Source: the human T2T-CHM13v2.0 reference genome, Homo sapiens. From it: a stretch of DNA of 64,000 nucleotides. Position numbers and translations under genes: made by a program. This document shows positions 41,811 through 56,164 of this stretch, in pieces (position 1 is the first letter of the stretch; every line of letters begins with the position of its first letter). The notes beneath the pieces are model-generated. The model ran no database searches. It was given only the letters and a program-made list of their open reading frames with translations, and was not told the origin of the DNA. The stretch is from NCBI RefSeq assembly GCF_009914755.1, contig NC_060945.1; one strand, given 5' to 3'.

Positions 41811-42262
41811 TCAAAAGAAGTAGGAATTTTTTTCTCCTAATGTGACATTCAATGTTTGTTCCCAAGTTCCTTAACACTAACTACTAACATAATCTACAAA
41901 TTGATGTTAACTTTTTAAAATATTATAGATATCAAGATGTGGATTTGGGGATTGCTGAATATATATAATTGTATTGATGAGAATATCACACAAATAAATA
42001 GAAGTTTGATAATGTCCATAATGCTACTAACCTAACTCTATAAATTAATGTTACATTTTCAAATTATTATGGATACAGAGTATTGATTTGGCAATTATTG
42101 AATATATCTAAAAGTATTAATGAAAATATTTTAAAATAAATGTTTTATAGCTGTTAAGCTTGCAAAGCATATATATAAGTTTGCTTACTTGTTGAATTTT
42201 TATATTGATAATGTATATATGCAAATTACTGCTGTAAAATGACAATAAATTTGTTAACGTAA

Positions 42263-42565
<303 letters not shown>

Positions 42566-42916
42566 AGGAATGAATCTTAACAGAATAATTGTATTACTAC
42601 AACCACGAAGGGGTGTCAAGATGGCTGAATATTGCATACTCGTTGTAATCTGCCCCAAGTGTGTGATCTTAATTCCTTAGTATCTCTAAATCTAAATTGT
42701 CTTGTTGCTAATATAGAATCATGCTAGATTATTCCTAAAGTCTCTTTGATCAATAAAACAGCTTTCTACAGTGGTCATATAACAATTAATTTTATTAATA
42801 TAAAATCATATTAAAATGTGAAATTGCAAGTCTATATAGTATAAGAATGTGATGCAATTTACCAGTCTTCCTGTTTTTTTCTTTTGTTTTGTTTTTTAAG
42901 ATATTAGAAATCTTTA

Positions 42917-43230
42917 CCAGAGTAGGTTCAGAGATTCCAACTCAACCACATGGTGGAAGATTTATGGACAAAACAAGGAAAGTGATGTACAGAACACAGA
43001 AGTGAGGTACAGAAACAGACTAATTTGGTTATAGCTTGGTGTTTGCCTTTTTTGAACATCGTTTAAACAGTTGGCCACCTTTGATTGGCCAAAACTCGGT
43101 GATTGGCACAAGAGTAGGCTACAGTCTGTTTACAGTTTCATTTAGGTTATAGTTCACAATGTATGGACATATCTTTAGGCTGAACTGAAAATATGTAGGG
43201 AGGTATCTTAAGGCTAAACTTGATTTAACA
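42917..43230 (-). mobile_element. MER57 3' LTR, missing about 82 bp of its 3' end
   Basis: Aligns to 49443-49757 only. Confidence 0.88.
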
Positions 43231-43243
43231 ATTCTTCCCCATT
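43231..43243 (-). other. Polypurine tract of the provirus
   Basis: Minus strand ..atggggaagaat immediately before the 3' LTR. Confidence 0.7.
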
Positions 43244-43849
43244 GGTCATCCTCTCAATTTTGAGATTGACCAAAACATTAGTCATTGATGTCATTATCAC
43301 TATTGTAAATGTACTTATTTAGTCTTGAAGCCCACTGCAAAATAATAGAACGGTGAGTTTTGTAAGGTGGGAACAAAGACTTTAGGTTATTTTTTGCAAG
43401 GGTTACAATAGAGGGTACCTCCTTATTCTGGAATGTCCTATTTACAGGATAAAAACAAAGCCTAGTCTTTTCTAGGATCTATGTGTTTCCTTAAAGCCTT
43501 AGTTTGATATGTCACGTTTAGCACAAGTGACTCCATTTTGGTTTAGTTTTGTCTGTTGGGGCTTAGTGCCTAAGCTCAGTCCAAAACAATGGCCTCCCAT
43601 AATTTTGTTTTAAAAATTTGCCCCTTTTGGCCAAGTTCTCACTTAGGTAAGAGTGTGGCCAAAACTTAGGGCCTTCACATCATTCTCAGTTACCATAATT
43701 TTGAGTTTCCAGTCTCAGCAGGTCATTCATTGGTTACATTGCCATCATGGCCACAAATTTGTTTCAGCTCTTGTCATTCTAGTTAAAGAGAGACGGTTTG
43801 ACATTCTAGGGATGGCTGCAAGCAAACATTTAAAACTTTTGAGAGAATA

Positions 43850-44440
43850 CAGTGCACCAGGGAGACTACTATTATGACTATCAGGAGGAAAATACCAATG
43901 GTTTGATGTATGCTCCTTAGCCAGGGTCCCCATAAACCAAACTAATGAAAATCAAGTAAATCAAAACATGAGCTAGATAGAGTCTACTCACTTCAACTAA
44001 GTAGTCTCTTTGTTAATTGCAATAACTGAATCTCTATAATACCCAATGTGATGTATTTTTCTATGGGCAACAAGTCCCAGCAGCTGCACAGATATTTCTC
44101 GTTTAGCCAGTAAGTAATCTAGAGCAAATCTATTTATTTATCATAACTTTCACAAGAGAATTCAGTCTGTTGTGCATCCATAGGCTTTACAGTAGAATCT
44201 GCTGTAGAGCCTATCATGAGGGATAAATTCCTGGTGATTGCCTAATTTACTCCAAACCATGGGGGGAAAACAGACCTAACAAATGATGCCCTTCTAGAAT
44301 AGTGAAGGCCTCTTGGAACAGTTCTCTTTAATCCATGATGTGAGTTAAGCGGAGTGAACGAATGTTCTGTTTCTGACTGATTGTGGGGCAACACATGAAC
44401 CATTAAAATTCTTTGCCTACATTGGGCCTTCATCTTTCAT
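43850..44440 (-). pseudogene. env transmembrane-subunit relic
   Basis: Across frameshifts the minus strand reads ASFVRSVFPPWFGV..RNLSLMIGSTADST..AQQ..LNSLVKV..ALDYLLA..ICAAAGTCC (fusion peptide, ISD-like motif, C..CC). Confidence 0.75.
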
Positions 44441-44699
44441 CTATGAAGGTATAAGCTTATTCATGGAAAAAAACTGGCCACAAAATTATTCAAAAAATGA
44501 AAGTACACCCCATGAGTGCGCACAACAGACCCTCTTTTCACTCTGTTGTTCATAGAAGCAGAAACAAGGGGAAAAAAAAAGAAGGATAAGAGCCTCAAGA
44601 TATTAGAGATGTCTTGATCCATGATCTTGGGAAAAAGCTGTCCACATCAAAGACGCCATCTTCTTCTGGGGAGAAACTTCCCTGATTACTTTAACTTAA

Positions 44700-45150
44700 G
44701 GTTCTCAATCGGTGTACAGTTTCAAGAGTGTGGAAATACACTTATGAGGTGTGAGATTATGAACTCAAGGTTCAAGGTCCCGAAGTGTTGCTGCAGTGTA
44801 GATGGCAAGGTCAGTCTTTCTCTGATATTCTCAGAAGATCCAGTCTTTGGGTTCTAGATTGTGAAGGGATTGATTGTCCTGTCAGTGAACCATGAAAAGC
44901 TTTCTTTACCTGGTGAAAATACACTGTGGCATAATGAGCGACTCTTATAACATCAAACTTCTTGCATGGAAAAACTTTTATACAACCAGAAAACATGCAT
45001 TGAAAATAACAATGGAATGAAATCTCCTCATAAATATATGAATGGCCCATCAGGTAGCAGAATGTACCTGAAATTTTGATAGTCTTTCCAGGAATATGGG
45101 TTTGATAAACCAAACATTTGTCATAAACCATATTAGCAATTTAGAAGTCA
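44700..45150 (-). pseudogene. pol integrase relic
   Basis: ORF 44811..45131(-) CLVYQTHIPGKTIK..CMFSGCIKVFPCKK resembles the ERV1 integrase Zn finger and core (CxxCQ.., FSGWVEAFP). Confidence 0.6.
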
Positions 45151-45159
45151 CCACACGCA

Positions 45160-45451
45160 GGCCGGGCATGGTGGCTCATGCCTGTAATCCCAGCACTTTG
45201 GGAGGCCTAGGCGGGTGGATCACGAAGTCAGGAGATGGAGACCATCCTGGCCAACATGGTGAAATCCCGTCTCTGCTAAAAATACAAAAAATAGCTGTTG
45301 TGGTGGTGCGTGCCTGTAATCCCAGCTACTAGGGAGGCTGGGGCAGGAGGATAGCTTGAACCAGGGAGTCAGAGGTTACAGTGAGCCGAGACTATGCCAC
45401 TGCACTCCAGCTGTGCTACAGAGCAAGATTCCAACAACAACAACAACAAAA
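45160..45451 (+). mobile_element. AluSc with (CAA)n tail inside the provirus
   Basis: gatcacgaagtcaggagatggagaccatcctggccaac; TSD aagtca(c/g)cacac. Confidence 0.93.
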
Positions 45452-48400
45452 AAGTCAGCACACACATACACAGATATTTAATTTGGATCATTTTATCTTT
45501 ATAATGATAAATCATGGAATGCAGAATTTATAATAACAAAAGCTTTTAGGACTCAGAAAGGATAAGACAGCTGTCCTGGTTCTTCAGTGGTGCATAATTA
45601 ACACTGGACAGATACCCTCTTGAATGCCAGTTGTCTCTCCAACTTAGATGCCTCACACTGATAACTAATGCGTCATCACTGGTGATTTGAATTAGACTAT
45701 GGAGTTCATTCAAATTGTATATCTAAACAATTTCAGTACTGGCTGATGTAACTTAAGTATCTGGCAAAGTATTTTACTGGTATTTAATTAAGCTTTGTTC
45801 TGTTTGGGTTAGCAGGTTTATAAACCAGTCAACCTTTTCATTAAAGTTCTAGGAATTTGGCCCCAATCCAAGTAATATGATTCTAAAGTTAACCTGTATT
45901 CACGAGTACTTTTCAGGGTCATTTTCGTCCTTCCGTAAGTTTCCTTAAAGACACCATATTCTAGGATTTTGCCTGCTTGTGAAGTTCTGAGAAACTGCAT
46001 CAGAATTAAGCAATTAACTGTGAAAATAACTTTAAATAACTATGACAACTGTTTGTGTCATAAAGACACAATTGACAAGGAAATTTGATGATTTCTGTTG
46101 TCTACAATAATTTAACATAATAAACATAATTATGATTGATGGCATATACTCAGACATATTAGAATTTTAGAAATCCCATACAATTTTAGAAAATACATTT
46201 ATATATATTATATTCCTTAATATATAACCTGAAAAATATATAACCTAAGAAAACCTTATTTCTTTTTTGACAATGCTTCTCATATAACTTAACATGGCAA
46301 ATAATCATCTTTATAACCTTTTGGATGCTTTAGGGACACTCTGCAGCATCCCAAAGTTATAGGTCAAAAAAGACTTAATTTTAAATCTCAAATTTGATTT
46401 TGGAAAGCCTGTCAAATATGCTAAAAGTTTGAAACACTTGACCAAAAAAGGTTCACAGTTCACCATAAAACAATAGTCATTCATTTAACCAAAGTGATAA
46501 TTAAAAGATTTTTAAAAATAAAAACTTGTACCCTTTGATAAAGGACACTTAGTTTTCCAAACAATCAAAAGTCCTAAGACAGCATGAAAGAGAATCTGTC
46601 TCTTCTTTCCACTTTTTTTTTCCTTTTTGCAGTTTACTTAAAAAGTAAATGAAAACATTTGACTTTGTCTTCTTAAAACAATACCAAATTTTCATTCAAA
46701 ACAGAAAACGCAATTTTACTTTTGGATTAGTGTATTATTAACACTAACACTAATTTTAATAAAACCTCATAAATAAATTTATAAAATCTATCATCTTTTA
46801 ACTACACACAATTTCCATAAATTTCATTTTACATTTTTCCTCAACTTTTTATATTCATCTTGTTTTATTTATTTTTTACCCCTTCAATTTGAAACCTTTA
46901 AGTAACCTTAAACCAGATAAAAATTTTAACATACATATTATGCCTTTTAAAACTTTCTTCATCAAATGCATATTTTCCTTTTGTTTCTACATTCTGTATA
47001 CAGAATTGTTTCTCTTATATGTAGTAGTTTTTAACTCTCAGCAACCCTAAATTCTAGTGGAAAGCCTAGAAACCAATTTTAAATTGTTTATATCAATATT
47101 TGTAGATAAAAACCATTTTATAATTTAAAAAATAGTTCTCTAATTATTGTTTATTAACAGATATACATATATTTAGCTTTTTTTATAACATATGAAAATA
47201 ATATATCAAGGTATATAGACTTAAACTCATGTTTAATAATTAGTATATCGGTATCTTAACTTGCAGATGACTCAGACATTTTATGATTGTCTATTACTTA
47301 ATTTAACATAACATGACTTTAAGATTTTAAGCCATGAAAAGAATTTTGAAGCTTTGACACAGGTAACCTTCCTAACATCTTTCTCTAGTAATTCTAGGTC
47401 TCAGGTAGCCACGAGGTACCCAGGAGTACTATGAAGATCAAAGCCTGTCTAAGTCCACCAGGACAGAAAACAGCTGTAAAGACTATACCTAAGAATCCAG
47501 TCCATCATAAAATAGCCAGGAGGCAAAACAGGGAAAGCAGAGGAAAAAGGGGCTATTTTGAGCTTGATTCTGGCTTGCAGCTGCTGATCTAGGGACGAAG
47601 AACATGTCTCTAGACCTCATCGTGGCCACCTACCCAGACCCCTGAATCCAGAGACTTTAAACCAAAGACATAAGGTCACATTCAAATCAAACAAATATCG
47701 AATTATTTTTAACCAATAATTTTGAAGCCATTTCTATTTCATCAACAATTTAAAAACTTGCTTTATTTACCAAATATCATATACACATAACACATGCAGA
47801 CATACAAACACACAGAAGTAGATTTTACAGCTCACAAAGGATCTTTATTTGCAGGCTTTTAAATCGTTTTTTTTCCCCATTCAGTCTATCAATCTTTCAA
47901 TTACCTGTTTTATTGCTGTAAGCAATTGCTAACTAGGCAACAAATTTGCATTTCTAAAGGGACAGCTCTTAGGTAGAAAAAATTACATTTCATTAGTTCA
48001 GAGCTGAGATATTAGGCCTAAGTATTGTGTCATTATTTGCTCAAAGAAAAGGCAAAAACAATTGTCCAAATAAAAGTTCACTTAAGACAAGATGGCCAAA
48101 AAATCACCTTAAACAAAGCTATGACTTATTTTGTAAATTTAAAAGGCTGGTAAGAATTTCTAATGTACATAGGCAGACATCTTTTAAAATGGAGATTTTC
48201 TTTATAGATGTAAATTTGTTTTACAAAAGGGTGTCAAGACAATCAATTAAATTCCATAAAAGTGTATTTTAGTTTAATATGGTGTTCATTTTTACTTAGC
48301 TACTGTTTTATTTTTGTTTATTTGCTTGTTTCTTTTTGTTTAGCTAAAATTACTGATTTCAGGATGAAGTTCATTAAGGAATAGGCCCAAGAAACCATTT

Positions 48401-49110
48401 TTCCTTCCTAGACTCAGCATGGATATATTGATAAAAGAATCAAGCCAATTTTTTTCAAGGACCTATCTTTTATAAAGGCTTTGCCAAAGATATATTTCTT
48501 TCCACTTTGGGGACAGGATGGTAACTAAGCCAAAAGGTAGCAGATTTCATTTTATCTATTAATTGGTCACTTAAGCTTTTTATCTGCCTTTTAAAGTCTT
48601 TAAATAAAAATACGGAAATCTTTTTAGAAGCTGCTGCATATCAATAGGCATCCCTAGATGAGGCAAATTTGGGAGCCATAATTTTCAACTGCACTTCAGA
48701 GCAGTGGTGTTCATTTGGAATGTCCCACTGTAACTAACCTCTACCAAGATTTCACCATTTCTGTAAAACTTTCCTTCTTCTGGTGCCTAATATTTATGTA
48801 TGTATAACCCAGAAGAAACACAGTTCTTCAAAAATTTAGGATCCCATTTTTAACTCAAATATTGGCTTTGGCTCTCAGATTCCCTCGATCTAATTAGCCA
48901 ATAATTTTTTCCCTACATAAACACACAAAACATTAAACAAAGGATGTAGAGCACAAAAATCTTTACGGGTTTCCAAAAGCCGAATTTTACATGTCTTGTA
49001 ATATTTCCATTTATTACCAGTTTCTTTCTGACCAAGTCAGACTTAAGAGCCTTGTAACTGGATCCAATCCAGTTAATTACCAGATCTGATCCTGGACCCA
49101 GTCCAGTTTC

Positions 49111-49158
49111 TGTCATTACTCCCAAACCCAGTTTTGTCATTACTCCCAAACCCAGTTT
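49111..49158. repeat. Perfect 24-bp tandem duplication in the ERV leader
   Basis: tgtcattactcccaaacccagttt x2. Confidence 0.95.
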
Positions 49159-49340
49159 TGATCATAAATATGTTCAAAGAAACTTGGAGAGCTCAAAACA
49201 CAAATCTGTGGAGCTTTGAAATCCAAGAGAACTTACCGTGATCCCCAGCTACCTGGGGAAAGCAGTGGACGCAGTGGGGTTGGTGGGTACCTCGCGTGGT
49301 CGCTCAGCACTCATTTGAGTTGTTAGACACTGTACTCCAG

Positions 49341-49358
49341 ATCTTACTTCTGACATCA
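49341..49358 (-). other. Primer-binding site, tRNA-Leu type
   Basis: Minus strand tgatgtcagaagtaagat, 2 nt after the 5' LTR, vs canonical TGGTGTCAGAAGTGGGAT (3 mismatches). Confidence 0.75.
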
Positions 49359-49360
49359 TC

Positions 49361-49757
49361 TGTTAAAATAAAAGCCTTAGGTGATTTAATTTAAGACTTT
49401 AATTGTGCAAAGAATAATTTGCAAATTGGGCAGCCTCTGGAGCCAGAGTAGGCTCAGGGACCCCAGTGCAGCCACCTGGTGAAACATTTATGGACAGAAA
49501 AAGGAAAGTAATGTACATAATATGCAAATGAGGTACAGAAACAGCCAAATTGATTACAGCTTGGCGTTTGCCTTATTTGAACATGGTTTGCACAGCTGGT
49601 CACCTTTGATTGGCCAAAACTCAGTAATTAGCACAAGTGTAGGCTACAGCCTGTTGACAATTTCATTTAGGATATATAGTTCACAATGTACAGAGAAACC
49701 TTTAGGCTAAACTTAAAATATGTAAGGAGGTAACTTTAGGCTAAACTTGATTTAACA
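49361..49757 (-). mobile_element. MER57 5' LTR (complete)
   Basis: tgttaa...ttaaca termini; CCAAT (gattggcc) retained. Confidence 0.9.
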
Positions 49758-50515
49758 AAGTGTACACCATGGTGAATACAAAATTAGGTATGATAAGAAA
49801 CAATTATTTAGAATGAGAAAAAGTAACAAATTACAAATAAATTTGTACAAAGCTTACAAATCCCATAAACAGAAAAATCCATACAGATAAACGTTTCTGA
49901 ATTAACTTCCTGAAACAAAGCTATAGCATTTTGTTTTAACTTTTTTGCTGCCTTCTTTTAGATTACTTTATCATGTGACAATTTTTAAATATGTTCTGTA
50001 GAGAGGGTTAATAGGAACTTTCATTTTCTATCAAGGTTAATCACAATGTATTTCTCACTGATCACTTACATAAATTAGGTTCAGGCTTATTTCTTTTTAT
50101 TCAAATTTATTTTATTTCATATTCATTCATCCAAATTTTAGTGTTTTTTTAATTTAGAAAAAAAACTCCTGTCTAGTTAACATTTTATATGAGCTGTAAG
50201 ATGTGACAGAATTTTTTGAAGACTAGTTTCTTGTGTCTTTCAAAAAAATTTTTTTTTTCTTTCTCTATTCCTGACATTATTCTAGAGACAGGTTCTGAAG
50301 GGCATGTTCCCATGTGATGTAACCTCTTGCCCTGCACATTTAGTCACAGTGTCACCGCAGAGGGCAAAAAAGTATATTCCTTGGAGGATATTACAATGGG
50401 GTGGCCATCAATATCAGTATCAATCTAGAGGGAAGTCACTCCAAAACCGCATGAAAATATCCCACTGAACCCAACTAAATAGATCTTCAACTCATGTTCC
50501 CCTTAACCCAGATCC

Positions 50516-50992
50516 TGTAACTGAACTCAGGTTCAGCTGCTCTCTACTCAAAAGCTCAAAAGCCAAAACTAAAGAGACAAGAGTAAGTGAGAGGAAAAGC
50601 AGGTCTGTTCATGAGCCCACAACCCCAGGAGATGGCAGATTTGCATCACAGAGACCATCTCTCATTTATCATTCTGGCCAAAGGGGATTCATAGGCAAGG
50701 GGCTTGAGAAACTGTGTGCAGAATTTTGCTATGTGTAGGTCAGCAGGTGTTGTTCCAATGATTATCTTGAGTAATGGGCCATCATCTAGTGGTCTGGCAG
50801 GCATCAGTGAGACTGCAGCATGATTGAAGATTAACTGCTCAGCATTTTTCCAGGGTTGGATATTTTACATTTCACAGCCCTGGCTTTATTTCAAGGTTAA
50901 TTGTCAGAGTTCGTAAGCAAGCACACAGTTAGGCATTGTGAAATGAGGAACGACTATTTACTTCTAAGAAGGGAGTGACTCCCTTGGTTACA
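50516..50992 (-). mobile_element. ERV1 (MER4-group) solo LTR, subfamily not assigned
   Basis: tgtaac...gttaca termini; 4-bp flanks atcc/atct; ggttcagctgctc..aaagccaaa..gaggaaaagcagg. Confidence 0.7.
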
Positions 50993-51094
50993 ATCTCAAC
51001 AATTATCTTGGCCACTACAAACACTGCATAGAAAACGAGAGAGGAAAGAAGAGAAGGAGAGAAAGGGGATGCTGCAGAAGAGAGATAGGGTGAT

Positions 51095-51778
51095 TGTATC
51101 AGTCGGAGTTCTCCACAGAAGGAGAATCGATAGATTATTTATATATATATAAAATATATGTGCTGCAAATATGTAGTTAAAATATGTAGTATTTTATATT
51201 TTTGAAAGTATTCTGTATTTATAAAATTGTGTAAAAATGTATAATATTTTACAAACATATAAAATATTCATTTATTATTGTTATTGATAAATAGACATGA
51301 AACAATGATATTTTATATGAAAAGCCATATTTTATGTTTTACATCAAAATATATATAATAAAATATAATACTTCATATGTATAAATATAGATATATATGT
51401 ACTTGTGTATACTTATGAATATATAAAAGTATACAAAAACACACACATGTTAATTTTATTTTACCAGACTGACATATTTGTGAATGCTGACAAGTTGGTT
51501 ATTTATAGGACACAGGCTGAAAACTCAAGCAAGAGTCGATGTTGTGTTCTTGAGGCAGAATTTCTTTTCTAGGAAAACTCAGTTTTTGCTCTTAAAGCAT
51601 TCAGCTAATTGGATGAGACCTACCCACATTATCAAGAGTGATCTCCTTTACTTAAAGTAATCTGATTGTAGATAATAACATCTACAAATTACCTTCACAG
51701 CAAAGCCTAGAATTGTATTCAATTAAAAAACTAGTTACTATAGCCTAGAAAAGTTTGCACATGAAATTAATTTATACA
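51095..51778 (-). mobile_element. MLT2D-like ERVL LTR with expanded internal TA-rich tract (about 51135-51450)
   Basis: tgtatcagtc..ttctccacagaa; ggcagaatttctt..ctcagtttttgctcttaa..attggatgagacctacccacattat..ctttacttaaagt. Confidence 0.85.
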
Positions 51779-53344
51779 TGCAAAGTTTATAAAAAGTTAC
51801 GACACTATAAAGATGTTGCTATACCCTAATGATAAATTTGTTACTCTTTCTTATGGATTTTGCAGAGTAGCAAGTGCAGAACAATGCTGGCTAGTTTACT
51901 GAAAATCATTATGTATCGAGGTAAAATTTTTACCGAATAGGGGAAAATCCTGTGTTGTGTTGTTGTGGGGGTGGGGATCAACACTGGCATACTTGTTGGG
52001 AAAACAGACAGTTAGGTACCAGGGCAAATGATGCTTTTGGCACCGAACCCCTATGTTTTAGAAATTGGAACTACATTCACCTATGAGCAGCAGTGCACGG
52101 CTACTATCTTAGAACTGCCTTGGTGGCTGCTTGTACCTACCTACTCAATCAAGGAGTCCTAGTATTTCAAAAAGCTCCTGTTAAATAATCACACAAAAAT
52201 ACAAAGGACAAGACTGAAAGACCCTGAGTCATTGGAGATGGCAAAGTTTTGATGACTCACATTATGTCTTACCTAACATTTGTTTTTTATATATCTAACT
52301 CATTTTACAGCTTAACTCTTCTTTTAAAAACTTTTTTAAAATTTGGGATTATGCAATGATTAATAACTAAGAGGTTAAACTCATGATCCTAATATTCAAG
52401 AATTAACGTGTGTATGAGGAGGTAGAGGGAAAGATAGAAGCAACAAGCAGTAACATAACAGAAAATATATATTTTTTAGCAAAGAAAATTTATAGTAGGC
52501 AAACTAACTTCAGGGCTGTTGAAAGAGGGATTGATTTTTAAAAACACAAAATCCTCATAGGATTGAGAAAAAGTTTTTAAATATCAATTTACATTAAATA
52601 AGAATTTTGCAATATAGTACAAAAAAGAAATCTAAAGCCTTATTCTGTTACTGTAGCTAGCTTATACTTTGGAAGAAAGAAAAGAAATCAAATGTATTTA
52701 TTTAATCCTTTTTGTCAGTGATACCCAGGGTGAAGAATTCATCTGTAGCTTTTTCACTGCTGAGTTGAGTCTCAGAACTTCACATATATTAAAGTAAAAT
52801 GTTTTACCTTCTGATCCGAAGCCTTTAAGATACAGTTCATTTCTATTTATAAAAAGAAGGAGGTTTATGTAATTTAAATTTCATGGAAATTGTCTAAGAC
52901 TACCTCAGTTAGCAAAATAAAGCTTTTATTTACTACTTTTTGTTCTTAGAACGTATCAACTCAATTTTCAAAATTTTGTATGATTCACATTTCCTTTCAC
53001 ATTGAGTTACAGAAGGTAAATAAGTCATTAAAAGTCTAATATGTTTTCATAAACATTTAGAAGAATGTATTACAACAGCTAGAGAAAATAGATTTGCAAT
53101 TTCCTCTAAGTTCCAATGCAGTCACTGAGTTAACATGTACTTTTTAGTTAAATGATGATCATCTGGAGAAGCAAATATATATGTGCCTTTAAAGTGTTCT
53201 ACTTCTGAAAAGGCAGATAGACATTATGAAATGGAAAAATAACTCAATAAAAAGATACCACATATTAATAATTTCATTATTTGGTTTTAATAAAAATTTC
53301 AGAAACCTGGATTATTGATGGAGAGTCAAAACCAAGGAGGGAAG

Positions 53345-53620
53345 AATATGCTACAGTGTGGAGGAATCTTTAAAATGCTATACTAAGTGAAAGAAGCCAG
53401 GTATGAAGGTTACATGTTGTGTGAATCCATTTCTGGAGAATGTCCAGAATAGGCAAATGAGTAGAGAATGAAGATTGTTTTCAAGGGAAGAAGAGAGACC
53501 TGAAAGAAGCCAGGCATGAAGGTTACATGTTGTGTGAATCCATTTCTGGAGAACGTCCAGAATAGGCAAATGCGTAGAGAACGGAGATTGTTTTCAAGGG
53601 AAGAATAGAGACCCGAAAGA
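53345..53620 (+). repeat. 113-bp tandem duplication in an old L1 3'UTR fragment
   Basis: Units 53388-53500 and 53501-53613, about 6 mismatches; L1 motif ctaagtgaaagaagccag..tccatt..tgtccagaataggcaaat. Confidence 0.92.
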
Positions 53621-54499
53621 CTAGCACCAGCAAGTAAATGCTTCTCCATGGAAATGACACATATCTATTCATATACACATAGAGCTATTTGGCAGTACAG
53701 AGCAAGTAACATGGCTTTACCTACCCTTTCAGGAACTATGAAAATGCAGATATTTCATGTTCTCAGAAGGAAGAGAACCAGACATCATGATAAACAGAAC
53801 TAGATTCTAAAACAATATACTTTTCTTTATTTTAAACTTGGAGCCAGGATCATGTGTTACCTAACCAAAAATAATATTTTATTTAAAAATACAGTTTGAT
53901 CAAAAAGAAAGAAATGAAGTTAGACAAATAATTACTGAAAATAATCAGTTTATAAGATATTATGTTAAAAATGAAGGGTTTTATAAAATCTCTAGCTTTC
54001 TATCACCTCTGTGCATTATTTTCTAGCATGCAGTGAATAATGCTGAAAAATAGACATAAATAAATAAACTGGTTATCTTTCAGTAATGGAAACATGAACT
54101 ATTCTTATTGTATTCGTGTACTCTTCTAGAGGTTTTTTTCACAATTTTTCTAAAGTACATATTTATGCTAAGAAGTAAAATACTAAATACAATTTTAATG
54201 TGATTATCATTTTTGAATGGCATATCCAGTTTTGTACTGCTACACTAGAATTTTGATCCCATACATAATATTTTGCAATCACTGTTAATACTTAAAAAGA
54301 AGAATGACTGTAGTATCCTCTTAAAATAATATACATGAAATCGCAATGATAATATGGTTGAAATCTTTTATGGCCAAATAACAATGCAATCCCGTGTGGA
54401 TATATTGGTAATCATCTAATACATATTTACATTATGATGGGTATTTTTGTTTTTTTCAATGCATTTGAAATTATGTATTTTTTAGATATAAAGCAATAG

Positions 54500-54880
54500 A
54501 CAGTAGAGGATAGAGTAGTATATAGGATTGAAAGCAGAAGGAGCTGTTATTACTCCAGGCCTGAAAGAACAAGTGGAAAGACTTGTACCAGAACCTAGAA
54601 GGATAGACACCTGTAAAAGAGGTCATTTTGAGAGAAGCAATGATGTTCAGTCTAGGGACCCAGCCAGCCCATAGAGTTGGGTTATGGATCAACCCAGAAC
54701 AATAAACACTCTGACATTCGCATGCATCCTCTGTCCGGTCTCCCTGTGGGGCTTTTATTGTTTGGATATAACTAGAAAAGGCATAGAAGTCGGAAGTTGT
54801 CGCATAGGTCAGGCTTCTGTGTGAGAGGGTGGAATGGGCAAGTGAACTGGGAGGAGCACACAGAGCTATCTGAAAGATGG
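54500..54880 (-). mobile_element. LTR33-like ERVL LTR
   Basis: aataaacactctgac..cataggtcagg..agggtggaatggg..gtgaactggg..; heavily diverged. Confidence 0.45.
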
Positions 54881-54906
54881 ACGCTCACTAAATTATACTT
54901 TGAGAG

Positions 54907-55613
<707 letters not shown>

Positions 55614-56164
55614 AGGGAGAAAAAGGTATAATTTTTTCAAAGCAATCGTAGTCAGAAAAAAAGTTGAAATGACAATGTATTGGTAAGAAATTATAAGTTT
55701 TTTCTGGGGAAAATTATTTGGGAATAAAAATACTGAAAAATGAAGAGATTTATCATGCTCTATGCATCTATTTACAGATTAGGTCCATTATTTTATTCTT
55801 TCACCTGTAAATTCAGAATGAGAGAAGCACAAAATCTAATCTGTACATTAAAAAAGAGACTGGCAAATGTGAAAGAGACAAATAATCCCTTTTCTCTGGT
55901 GAATTATAAGCAATTATAACATTTAGTGACAATTTCTTTATACATTAAAGCTGTGTGAAATTTATTTTACTCAAGTAAGTAGGCCCAATTTAAGGGATGA
56001 TTTTAGAGAAGAACAAGAGATAAGACATAGATTAAGTAACCATTTAGAGAGTTTAAATGTGGAGGCTATGCACTTTGTATGTAGAGCATAATTTGTTTCT
56101 TTGCTTGCATTAATTGTGGCAGATTGCTTGTTGAACTGCCCAGACTCATTCTCCCTTTCTGTTG

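Larger units (their letters stand above)
42917..49757 (-). mobile_element. MER57-type ERV1 (MER4-group) provirus, non-coding and degenerate
   Basis: Two homologous LTRs in the same orientation (42917-43230, 49361-49757) starting TGTTAAATCAAGTTTAGCCT on the minus strand; PBS, PPT and pol/env relics between them. Confidence 0.88.
49770..51830. mobile_element. Zaphod-like hAT-Tip100 relic, interrupted by two LTRs
   Basis: gaatacaaaattaggtatga..tatttagaatgagaaaa..atatgagctgtaagat..ttccccttaacccagatcc recalls Zaphod; boundaries uncertain. Confidence 0.5.

Noticed and set aside
53378-53649. ORFs with internal peptide repeats; array-like spacing
   Set aside because: Product of the two-copy 113-bp tandem duplication; no repeat-spacer structure, so not CRISPR-like
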